From NCBI RefSeq assembly GCF_018350175.1, contig NC_058377.1, positions 114,762,001 to 114,826,000 of the forward strand: DNA of 64,000 nt, in the 5' to 3' direction. The translations under genes were made by a program, and so were the position numbers. The stretch's first letter is position 1, and every line of letters begins with the position of its first letter. The notes beneath the pieces were generated by a model, which ran no database searches, was not told the DNA's origin, and was given only the letters and a program-made list of their open reading frames with translations. The stretch is from Felis catus (Eukaryota). This document shows, one piece after another, positions 1 to 11,307 of this stretch.

Positions 1-3000
1 CAAGATCCTCCTGGGGCTCAACCTCTACGGCATGGACTATGCAGCCTCCAGGGATGCCCGTGAGCCTGTCGTCGGAACCAGGTGAGCCCAGGGCTCCCCC
101 ATTATGTGGGTGACCTCCGGTGCTGTCCTGCGCCCCTGGCCCTCATTCCAGTGGGTCTGTGTGTCTCCTGGAGGTGGTGGCTTAGAGCAAGGGAGAAGGC
201 CTGGGGCAGTCTGACCCCACACGCCTGGTGCCTGTAGGCGGAGCCTCTGAGCCTGTTGGTTTGGGGGCCCCATCCCAGCACCGCAGCTGGGACCCCCACC
301 TTGAGATCACCCCCCGTCCGTGGGCACGCAGACCACCTCCCGACAGCGAGGGGCACGTGGGCCTGGCCTGAGAGGCGCTCGTGCACATCCGCACTTGCAC
401 TTGGCATCGTCTCCTGCCCGACAGCCCCCGAGGTCTCTTGCCTTTCGAGTCCGTTGGTATCAAAGTTGTTTTCCTTAATGGTATTTTTTTGTTTTTCTTT
501 TTAACTTTATTTATTTTGAGAGAAAGAGAGGGCGTGAGCAGGGGAGGGGTAGAGAAAGAGTCCCAAGCAGGCCCCGCGGTGTCAGCACAGAGCCCGACGG
601 AGGGCTCCAACCCATAACCTGAGCCGAAATTAAGAGTCAGATGCTTAACTGACTGTCACCCAGGTGCCCTGGCTGGTATCGAATTCTTTTCAGCTTTGTT
701 TTGCGTTGGTTTTCTGGAAGATACTGTTGCTAGGGGTGTGGTTCTAAGCTGTCCTGTCCAGCCAGACCGCCCCCCCCCCCCCCACCAAGCCCGGTGGGAT
801 TTGATTATCACGCGCCTTCCTGGGGTTTTGTGTGTTTTGCACTTGGTTTTCTTTGAGCTTTTGGGACCTGTGTATTTGTACTTTTCGTGAAATTTGGAAA
901 ATTTTTGGCTGGTTTCTTCAAACTTTTTTTCTGTCCCTTTGTCTTCTTTTTCGGGCCCTCAAGCATGTGTGAGGTCACTTGATTTGTCTCCTGCCCCCGA
1001 TACTCGTTTTGTTTTCCCTTTTGTGGGATGTTTGTCGGCCTTGTCAGGGGCGCTGACTGGTGTCTCTGTCGCGCCTTCCATGGTGTTGCAGCCTGTGCTT
1101 CCCCGTCACATCCTGAAGTTCACACTGGGTTTTCTCTTCCGCGTGTCCTGCACTTCGCACGTGTGGGCTGGGCTGTGACAGTCGCACTCCGAGGTGGGCC
1201 CGTCCTGGGTCTGCTCAGCTGGTGGCTCTCCTTCCCAGGCTCCCGACTGGCCCGAGCTCTGCAGACTGGGGCCCCTAGGTGGGATGCCAGACATTGTGAA
1301 TTTTGCCTTGTTGGGCGCTGGGCGCCTTGGCGCTGAATCTTCTCAGTCTTTGTTCGGGTGCCTGGGAACCGTGTGAGCCGGCCATGGAGAGCGGGTCCAG
1401 ACACTGTGACCTGGGTGCACGCCTGTTGCAGCCTGCTGTCCTTGCAGGGGGGGTCTCTGTGGGTCACCAGTTGGGCTGACACCATCAGGCACACGGCATG
1501 TCAGCCAAGCGGGTGCGGGGGGCGGGGGGTGGGCTGCCGTCCGTGGCTGCTCCCGTCGCTGTGCCTCGGTGGAGGGACGGGGGCTGCCTGGTTGGCCCTT
1601 GACTGCACTCGTGGGTTTGAAGGGGCTGCTCCCAGTCACTTGCCCAGCGGGCTGGGGGGCTTCTGTTTCCTCTAGGCCCCTCCTGCTCTGTGGGCTGGGC
1701 CTCCAGGACAAGGAACAGTGCCCATGAGGGCCCAAAGCCACCCCTCACCTCAGCTGTCCCTCCACGGCCCCTCCACAAACCCCGAGATCGGCCACGCTCG
1801 GAAGTGGTCACCCTGCCAGGACCGTGTCCTCTGGGTACACAGCTGGTGCTGGGGTCTGTGCTGCCCACCCCTGTCCTGGCCCCTGGCATTGGGCACATTC
1901 TGTGTCCCTAAACCTGGATCTGCCCCTCTCTGCTGAGAAGGGCCTTGGGAAGTGGCATGGACACGGCGTGGATGTGGCATGAATGGCAGGAGCTGGGGAG
2001 AGAAGGCCGAAGAGCAGCTCCCCGGCTCCGGGAGGGCTGCTGTGGCGCCTGGCCAATCGCTGGGGCGTTGCCCCATCTCCCAACAGCAGAGTGGGCTTCT
2101 CGGCACCCGGCCACCCCTCCCTGAGAGCTCCCCCTTCCTGTCTATCTGTCCTTCTGGTCGGGTCCCCTAATGCACTTCTCTGACATGGGATTGCTGAGAA
2201 AATTCCAGAAGCTTTGCTGGTGTCTCCGCTCTTCCCCACAGCCTTGACCGGGTGCCTGGCCCAAGGAGGCAGTGGGCAGAGCCCCATCCAGAGCTCGGGC
2301 TCCCAGCACCGGGCCCCAGGATTCCAGGGAGCTGCCGACCGGTCAGCCAGGGGTAGGAGGATGAACCCCCCTGCTGCTGAGGGAGGCGTCATGCAGGGCC
2401 CCCACGCCCCCACCCGCCTCTGCTCCAGCCTCGGGCTCCGCTGGCCCAGGCCTGTAGGGGGCAGGGGACTTAGCCTTGCGGTGCCGCTCAGCCACCTGTG
2501 CTGCCGTGCGCACACCGCACGTGGGGCTTGAACCTCAGATGGTCACCGTCCCCCAGTCCTGGAGGCCGGAGCCCCAGGTCCAGGCGTGGGCCAGGCCGGG
2601 GCCTCCAGAGGCCTCTCTCCTTGGGTGTGGATGGCTGTCCTCTCCCAGTGTCCTCACGGGGTCAAACCTCTGCTCGTGTCTGTGTCCTGATCCCCACTTC
2701 TCCTAAAGATCCCCGTCACCTGGCATCAGGGCCCACCCCGATGACCCCGTATTACCTCAGTCACCTACGTAAAGTCTCCATCTTCATGTACAGTCATATT
2801 CTGGGGTGCTGGGGGTCAGGACCCCAACATAGGAATCTGGGGGACACGGTTCATCTCTGTCCCCACCTGAAGGGTGGAGAGTTACTGTTTATTCACTAAA
2901 CTTCGGCCCTGCAGCAGGATAGCAGGTGGAGTGTCAGGCTTGTTAACCCCGCATACACGGCCCAGGGGTGTGAGTGCTCACCCCCCTCCCCCGCCTCGCC

Positions 3001-6000
3001 TCCCAGGATCCCGCCAGCAGACAGCAGCTCCAGCCCCCAGCTTCCGCTCAGCAGGGCCACGGCTTACACACCTCACAGGCCCTACCTGGTGGGTTTGCCC
3101 CACAGAGAGGGGCTAAGGGGCCTCACAGAAGTGAGAGGCCTGTGGCAAGCAGGGAGGGTCAGTGCCACAGCCTCCGGGCACCAGGCGCTGCCTCACCTGG
3201 GGACTTGGAGCAGAGGAGGGGTCGAGGCTGCTTCCGGGGAGGGCCATAGTGGAGGGCTGCCCCAGGGTCCCCTGCACGGACCGGCTTTGTTCTTCTCCAC
3301 CCCAGGCCCCTTCCTGCCGAGCTGTAGAATGGGGCCTGGCTTGGTGCCCTGAGACCCGGCAAGAGACTCTGCCATCCTGATGGTGGCTCCTGGGACTCTC
3401 CTTATCCCCCGGGCCACCTCAGGCTGCGGGTCAAAGGGCCTCAGGGCACAGGCTCCCCAGGGCAGAGAGAGCTGCTGTTCTAAGGAGGGAGCCTCGGCCC
3501 CAGACAAGGTGGGGGAGGGGCAGGCACGCAGCCCTCACGAGGCCACTCCCCACAGGCCCCCCAAGGCGGCCAGACTCAGCGATGGGGGACCTCTGCCAAA
3601 GCGGGGTCTCAAGCGGAGCGCGATTCCCGGTGCAGTACCTTCCCTGGGGTTCACGTCACAGGGAGCTGGCCCCGTGGAGGACTTGCAGGGCTGAGGGGGA
3701 TCAGGAGGGGCACCCCCTCCAGGAGAGGGGAGCCCAGCCTGGAGAGGGGTCACCTCCCCTACAGGCCAGTCCCAGGGTGAGAACTGCAGTCCAGGAAGGA
3801 AGTCGTAGAGTGACAGCAGCTCCTGGTGCAAACGGAGGACACACCCAGATGGGGCGATGGACACTGGCCCCCATGTGGTGTGAGCCTTCTCCCCACACCC
3901 GGCAGAGGGCCCCCTGCCCCCGAGTGCCCCTGACCCCTGCAACACCAACAGGGACGCCAACAGCAAAGCACCCCTTGGGCCCCCGTGGGGGTCCTCTGCC
4001 CACAGCCTGACTCTTGCGGGCAGTCCTCCTGGCCTTCAGGGAAGGAAGGCCTGACACACATGCCCCTCTCAGGGCCACGTCTCTCTGATCCAGTGAGCCA
4101 GACGGAAGAGCTCAGCTGGCTCTACACTGATGCCTTTGTTTGCAGGGGGAGGGGAGGGCTCAGGAGCAGCACCCTAGAAATGCAGTTCACCAGGATGCCA
4201 CCCTGGCCAGTTCCCCCCCCGCCCCCGCTCCCCTGCGAAACCTGCTGCGGCAGGCCCTGCTCCCCATGCAGGTGACATCGGGCCAGGTGTAGGCCGCCGG
4301 TGAGCCCCACGGTCACTCAGGCTCTCTCCAGCTTTGGCGCTGACGGAAGCCCCTGCAGCCTGCTCTGGGATTATGTGCCCTCCCTGTCTTGGCCGCTCCG
4401 GCACGGAGACCTGGCCCTTTGTGGCAGGTGTCCTCCGCCTCTTCCAGGGCAGTGGGGGATCGGCCGCCTCACCATCTGCTCGGCCTCAGACAGAGCCAGG
4501 ACCCCGTGGTGGGGCAGGAGGCCAGCCCCCTCAGGCCTGGCGTGTGGTCTCCCGGCCTCTGCCAGCCAGGCTAGTGTTCTGTGCCCACCACAGGGACCTC
4601 AGGGGGCCCCAGTCTGCAGTGGCTATTGCTTCACATCCTGAGTTTCCCTCCCTCCCAACTCACTAGTCTCTGTTGGCCATCCTTGGGACACACATGGGCC
4701 TTGTCCTGACCGTGTCCAGGCTCCTCCGTATGGCCTGCTCACTCCCTAACTTCAGGGAGTTTGGGCAGCTGTGAAACGCCCCAGGAGGTAGCACGAGTCT
4801 AGGTGCTCATCTGCGGGTCCCCGTGCCTGCAAAGCCCCCCTCCTGAGAGGCTGTCCTGCTTCCTTGGCAGGCCCAGCCTGGCCCCACAAGATACCCGGCA
4901 CCAATCCACATGGGCCCCTGTTATGTACCTTCCGGGCCAGCAATCCCCACCCTGCTGGGCCATCTCCTGCCCCTGCCTGGGGATCCCCAGCTGGAGCACA
5001 GCCAGCTGGGTCCGGAAAGGGCGGGTCATGCTTGGAAGTCTCCTTGAGAGCCAGGGTGCCAGGGGCTCGGGGAAGGATGCTTCCCAGTGAGGCCAGTCCC
5101 TGTGACCTGCCAGCCCCAGACGATGGTGCTGGGCACCCAGCTCCCCCCAGTTGAGGACAGCAGGTCTGTGTGAGGCCCCATGGGCAGGGAGCTGTCGGGG
5201 AACCTCGTGGGGATGCCTGCTCTGTGGGTGTCGCTGTCCTGTGCCCGGTCTCCCTTCGGCGGCCTCCCTGGGTGGCTTCTCACGGCCGCCTTCCTGTGGC
5301 TCTGTGTCTTCTCTCTGTCTTCGCGCCTTGGTCTGTGTCTTCCTTTCCTTCTGCTAGGTCCTGCCTCCGGGCACCCTGGTCTTGTGTCTCAGCCCTGGCC
5401 TCCTTGTGTGCCCTGCTTGGCTTTAGAGTTGCCTTTGTCCCTGCTCGGCTCCCCAGGGGTCTTCTGCTGTGGGCCTGTCTCACTTTGGAGGTTTTCCTCC
5501 AGGCCTAGCCCATGAAAGGCAGTTGGGGAAGAGCCCTGCTGCCTGTGGGTGGGGCCTGCAGGCGAGGGTCCTCGTGTCACCCACAGAGGAGCGGCTCATG
5601 GCACAGGCCTGCGTCAGGGAGACCCTACCCCGTCCACATCTAGCCCGAGAAGACGCAGCAAGGGCCCAGCCCCAGTGACATAGCTGCCGGGGCAGTGGGG
5701 GCGGGGGCAGCTCGGGGGACTCTGGTGGCAGTGGGCAGTGGGAACAGTAACAAGGAGAGGCCACTGGGCACGTGGGTCCCCCTCTGCGTGTTTATCAGGC
5801 CCCCTTGCCAATGGGAGGTCGGGTCTGGGCTGGCAGGGACCCCTCCCGAGGCTGGGGTGTGGGTGGGTCCGGCACGAGTGGGTGGCTTAGACTCGGTCCA
5901 GCCCGTCCTGTGCCTCTGGTCTCGTGGGGCAGGGCTCTTGCACTGAGTGCAGGGAGACCTCAGGTCCCACCAGTGAAGGTGAGAAGCCACATGCCAGTTT

Positions 6001-8467
6001 CCTTTGGGGTGGGAGGCACCCCCCTCCCTCTGTGGTGGTCCCACACACGTGCACCCTCATTGCCATTTCCGTCGGACCCTTTCTCTGAGCCACTGCTGGT
6101 TGGTCTCCATGGGTGTCCCTGTCCCCCCCCCCCCCCCGCCCCGCTCCCCCATAAGGCCCAGGAATGTCCTCATCCTGGTGAGGAATGTTCTCTCCCTGAC
6201 GTTCCTGGAACCCTCAGGCTAGGTCTTGTACCTTTTTTTTGGGGGGGGGGGTTTCCACACTCCATAAACTTGCCGTTTCAGAGGGTGGGTGCTGGGGCGT
6301 TTGTCTCAAAATTGTGCAGCCAGCACCTCAAATTCCACGCTTTCCTCCCCCAAAAAGCACCCTTGGGCCCTCTTGGCAGTACCCCCCACCCCCACCCCAG
6401 CGACCCCAGTCTGCGTTCTGTCTGCGGGCTCGCCCGGTCTGGGCGGTTCTTGCAACCAGAGCCGTGCGGTGTGCGGCTGAGGGCTCACTTGGGTCAGTTT
6501 GGGGAAATGCTGCCGCCCTCACTTTTGAAGTATTTCCCCGCTTGCTTCTCTCTCTGGCTCCCACCTCCTCGTTTGCCTCCTCTCCCTCTCAGACCCTCCC
6601 TTCCCAGCTCTGGTCTGTGCCCAACTGTGCCCTCCCCAGGGTTTGCTCCCCACTGGCCTCTCTGTGTCCCTGGGGCTGCACTAAGGTGAGCACGGGGTCC
6701 TGTGTGCCCCCAATCATGTCACCTAGAGGGGAGCGACCCCAGCCTCCGTGCCCTCCACCCCCCAGCCAGGGCCCATCCTGCAGCATCTGTCCACTACCCT
6801 GGCTTGGGACCCTGGGGACTCAGGGGCAGCCTGGGTCAAATGCCCTGTCCTTTACCCCCACACACACACCCTCCCGTCTGACCCTGCATGCTCTGCCCTG
6901 CACGTCCTGGATTCTCACAGAGACCTCAGACCAAAAATTGCAAATAATGTGAGCGAACCGAGAACCTTGTTTTAATTAAGGGTAATCCGCTAATGTTGGG
7001 TGGTTGGACTTGCAGGGCGCCCCCCTTGCCAGCAGGTACCCGTCCCCTCCTGTCCGGCACTTGTCTGCCAGGGGGCACTCATGAACCCGCTACTGGGAGG
7101 CCCGGCCCTCCTGGCCCCATGGCACCTTGGGAAATCACCTGTCCTCTGCATGTGTCTAGGGGGCCGGGGGGCACAGTCTCAAGCCCCTGGCTCCTGGTAG
7201 TCAGAAAGGACTGCTGTGGGTGTGAGGCAGCCCTGTCCACAGCAAGAAAGGCAACGCTGGGGCAGCCTGGCCTCCAGAAGGGCACGGAAACCACTGCCCC
7301 TGCCTGCTGGCCCCAGAGAGCTGGGCTGGGGACCTCCGGGGACTGTCCCCACGCCCGCTCTTCCTCAGAGGCCTGTGGTTTGACCTGAATGCCCCGCACA
7401 CTTCCTGTGGCGCTCAGGGCAGTCGCGTGCCTGGTCTGCTCCATGTACCTTACAGAGGCCACACCCTGAGTGCAGGTGCCCTCACTCTGTCCACTTGGAC
7501 ACTCATGGTGCAGATGTCACAGCAAGAGGCCTGGTCAGACACCCAGCCCCTTGGTGCAGTCTCTCTCCCACCTGCACAGCCCAGAGCAGTGAGCTCACAG
7601 GCTCCTGAGATCGGAGCCATCTGTCGCGTCTCTGACCGTCCCCCACCTTTAGTGCACATTCACGGGGGGCAGTGTCCCGTGCCCCATCCTGTGTTCCTGT
7701 ACTTGTGTCTGGGGCACACGTGTGGTCCTCGCCCGACTGTGACAGCCTCAGCCACCGTGACCTTCCCGGTGTCAGGCTGTCTCGAGGACTCCCACACCTG
7801 TGCCCGGTTCCCTGCAGGTACATCCAGATGCTGAAGGACCACAGGCCCCGGATCATGTGGGACAGCCAGGCAGCAGAACACTTCTTCGAGTACAAGAAGT
7901 GAGTGTCCGGAGGAGTCCCTAGGTGGGGGCTGTGCATGCCCAGGCTGGCCAAGGGCCCCAGGGCCTTGCACTCGACCCCTGCCCCCGAGGGCTGATCCGG
8001 CCCAAGGAGCGGACCCGTGGGGCGGTGTTTCCAGCAGGACCTGAGGCTTCTGCTGACAGGGAGGAGCGCCCCGCACTTCCACGTTGGGTGGGGTTGGGAG
8101 AAGCTGAGGTGGGCAGAGGCAGAAGGCTCATCCTTTTGCAGAAGCCGCGGAGGGAGGCACATCGTCTTCTACCCGACTCTGAAGGTACTCACGGGCCCGC
8201 CTGTGTGCTGGGGGTGGGGGCGCAGGTACCACACCCCTCCCCCCACAGTGACCCTTACCCTCGGTGAGCAGCGGAGGTCAGCTCAGGGCCTGACCTGCTA
8301 CTCCCTGGCGGCCGGGGTGGGGGGCTGTCGGGGTGAGAGGTGGGGCTGATGCTTCTCGGGGCCTGCAGTCTGTGCAGGTGCGGCTGGAGCTGGCCAGGGA
8401 GCTGGGCGTCGGAGTGTCCATGTGGGAGCTGGGCCAGGGCCTGGATTACTTCTACGACCTGCTCTAG
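1..8467 (+). CDS. CHID1: Chitinase domain-containing protein 1 (SI-CLP), last four coding exons; 5' partial
   Basis: Exons <1-81, 7818-7898, 8142-8184, 8369-8467, all GT-AG, splice in frame to ...[100 protein letters not shown]. This is the recognisable CHID1 C-terminus; position next to TSPAN4 fits synteny. Confidence 0.96.
490..670 (-). mobile_element. Carnivore tRNA-derived SINE (Can-SINE) in CHID1 intron
   Basis: Reverse complement begins agggcacctgggtgacagtcagttaagcatctgactct... and ends in a CT-rich segment plus A-rich tail (tttatttattttgagaga on +). Confidence 0.9.
690..1350 (-). mobile_element. Old, degraded LINE-1 (L1M-type) fragment; boundaries approximate
   Basis: T-rich block in a GC-rich region with phrases typical of antisense ancient L1 (tttggaaaatttttggct...ttcttcaaacttttttt; gatgccagacattgtgaatttt). 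Pattern recognition only. Confidence 0.5.
2480..2855. mobile_element. MaLR (MLT1-like) LTR remnant
   Basis: cagtcctggaggccggagccccaggtccagg, gggcccaccccgatgacc, cagtcatattctgggg...gggtcaggac...aacataggaatctggggggacacggttca resemble the MLT1 consensus as I recall it. Confidence 0.6.
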
Positions 8468-8526
8468 GCCTGGCTCCAAGCGGACGTGTGCTTTCCTGAG
8501 CAGTGGAGTGACCAGTTGATAAGCAA

Positions 8527-8532
8527 AATACA
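8527..8532 (+). terminator. Candidate variant poly(A) signal AATACA for CHID1
   Basis: 60 nt after the stop codon, followed by a U-rich tract (ctcttcttttctgttcagtttctg). I saw no AATAAA or ATTAAA on + before the TSPAN4 3' end. Confidence 0.5.
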
Positions 8533-10947
8533 GACTCTTCTTTTCTGTTCAGTTTCTGCTGTGGTCCTCGAGCGGTGGTAGAGGGGGCCCGGGACCCAGG
8601 CCTCGTGAGCGATGTGGGAGGGGTAGTCGGGGGGGCGGTGCCTGAGAACCCAGGCCCCTCCCACCCAGCCCTCACTGCTGCCAGTCGTTGGCCAGGTTGG
8701 GGCAGGACCAGGAGGCCCTCTCACGTGTGGACCCCAGGCCCCTGGTAGGACCTAGTGTCAGCCCAGAGGGGCCTTGGCCTCTCACCGCCCGTGCTGGCTC
8801 AGTCCGCTTACCAGGCTGCACACGGCAAGGGTGTAGGCGTCGCTGTAGAAAGCTGGGCTCAGAAAGGTTCTTCCTGTCCCCGGAGGCCCTGGACCCCACG
8901 GGGGCAACAGAAGGACCCCTGGGAGCCCTCTGGCACCCATGGGCCGTGTGATCAGTTTCCACCCACAGGGTAACCTGGCTCCCAGTATGAAACATCAGGA
9001 GAAATGCTGGGATTGCCGGTAGCCAGAGACTCTGCCCCCCGGCCCCCCAGCCAGAAGGGCTGGTCACGCCTCCTCCCCAGTAATTAACCTTCGTGGGCTC
9101 CAAGCAGCAGAACCCCTTGGGAACCATGACAGTCCAGGTCCCGGAGCCAGAGCCCTGCCCGCCCAGACCAACCGGCCAGACGCCGTGTGTGAGTGTGCGG
9201 CCGCCCCACGGCTCTGGTTTCCCTCACACCCTTGGGCTTAGAGCTCCAAGCTGGGGGTCGTGGGGTGGACGAGAAGCCAGAAGGGCCCCAAGGGGGAGGT
9301 TGTGTGTTAGGAGGGGCAGGGCCTTGGGTCTTCCAGTTCCTTGCTGGAGCCACCCTCTCCTCCCGCAGCCGCCCTAGGGAGGAACCCCGTCTCCAGGGGG
9401 ACGGGCTCTGCCAGCTACCCCACTCCTGACCCTCAGACCTGCTCACAGGGTGGGGCCTGAATAAGAGGACTGGTGGGGGAAGTGTTGTACCAGAAGTCCA
9501 TGTGCCCGGCTTCCACAGGTGCGTATGTGCCTGTGTGCACGTGTTCACACGTGTGCCTGTCTGCTTGTGGGACGGGGACGCTGACCGGCCCATAGGGCCC
9601 CACACAGACACCCTGGCAACAGGCAGGAGCACTGGACGGAGCTGTAGGCACAGGCCAGTCCCCTCCCCCCACCAGGGCTGGGGTGCTGGGTTGTAGGGTG
9701 TCTGGAAGTCCGCTCCGGAGTTGGGCTCACGGGATGTCAGGATCAGTGGGCGTGGAGCCAGGCAGGTGACAAGACACTGGGTGTGCGTGGGGGGAGCTCC
9801 TCAGTGGGGCTTCGGAAGACGGGACCTGTGAAGGGGGGTGGGAGCCAGGAGAGGGGCCCTGAGGTCAGACCCCCGGGGTGCCCACAGTGAGAAAAGTGAA
9901 TCTGGAGACCAAGTACAGGCAGCAGGTGGGGTTTGGCCGGAGGGTGGGGACCCTGGGGAGCATGGCTGCCAAGGCAGTTTGCGGGCCCCGGGGGAAGTGG
10001 GGTGCGGGCTGGAGCCTGAGGGCTCACGTGGGCTGCGAGCGAGGGACAAGCCTCCTCTGTCGGTCCAGCGAGGAGCTTGCACGCGGGTCTGTCCGTAGGA
10101 GCCACCTGGCGGTGGGACAGGTGTGTCTGGTCACATACTTGGACGGGGGGCGGGGGCAAGCTCGGGGAACAGCTCGAGGGCTCCTGGGAACACGGGGTCA
10201 GATGGGGACCGCCCTGCTGGACGTGGACTGTTTCTGTTGGCACTCCGGGAGTTTGCTGCCGGTGGGTTAACCGTGTGCCCAGAGATGACGGGCTCGTGTT
10301 GGTTCTGGTGGTAGGTTCACCGGTGGTTTCTGTGGAGTGAGGACAGGTTGGGAGATGGGGGGAGGGAGGACTCGGCAGTCTGGGTTGTGTCTGTGGCCGT
10401 GGTCAGCGTTTGGCTGCGCGTCAGCAGTGTGTCCACCACACAAGAACAGTGACACTCGGGGGCGTCCCTGGGAGGAGCAGGCAGAGGGCAGCACCCTGGA
10501 GCCAGCAGGAGTGGGGGCTGGAAACAGATTCAGGGGCTCCTCCAGGAGACCAGCTGCCCCTCTGACTGGGCCCAGGGATCCTTGCCCGGCTCCTGATGGC
10601 CCCCATACAGATAACAGTTAAGGGGCAAAGTTCACAGCATCAGACCCCCGGGGGGCAGGCAAGGCCCTGGGGCTAGATGGAGGGGCCTCCCCGTGGCAGG
10701 GGATAGGACTGGATAGGACTGGAAGAGCCGAGAGTGGGTCAGGGAGGCACAGGGCCGTTCCGAGGCGCCACTGTGCCACTTTGTGCATCTGATCTCGTGG
10801 AGTTTGGTGGCTGCACCCGCGCACGTCCGGGAACTGCACTCCGGAAACTTGGTGGGGGGCCACGGCCGTGCAGGGTCTGTCTGGGCACAGCACCCCCTCC
10901 AGGGGTCACGGCGGCAACAGACACGGGGGCGGCTGCTGTCCACGCGC

Positions 10948-10953
10948 TTTATT
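10948..10953 (-). terminator. TSPAN4 poly(A) signal AATAAA
   Basis: tttatt on +, about 355 nt downstream of the TSPAN4 stop. Confidence 0.8.
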
Positions 10954-11307
10954 AAGACATCCCAGAGCCCGCCCTGGCTCCGCTGTGGAATGTGGTTGGC
11001 GGGGCTGTCCGCCAAGAGCACCAGGACCAGCGGGCGGCCCTTCACCCCCCCCCCCCCCCCCCCCCGCGAATGGCCCCAGCCCTGGGGGAAAACACTGCTC
11101 TGCAGGACACACGGATCCGAGAAGCGCCAGAAGCCCCTCCCACCCCCAGCCCCGCGCCTGCTGCCCTGCTGCAGCGCGGTGCTCACGGGGCTAGCTGAGG
11201 GTCCCCTTCCCTGTGCCTAGGATGGTGCTGAGTCCTGCAGCAGGGAGAGGCAGGTGGGCTACATCCTTCGGCAGCGAGGTGGGGGGCGGGGGTGGCAGGA
11301 GCGGAGC

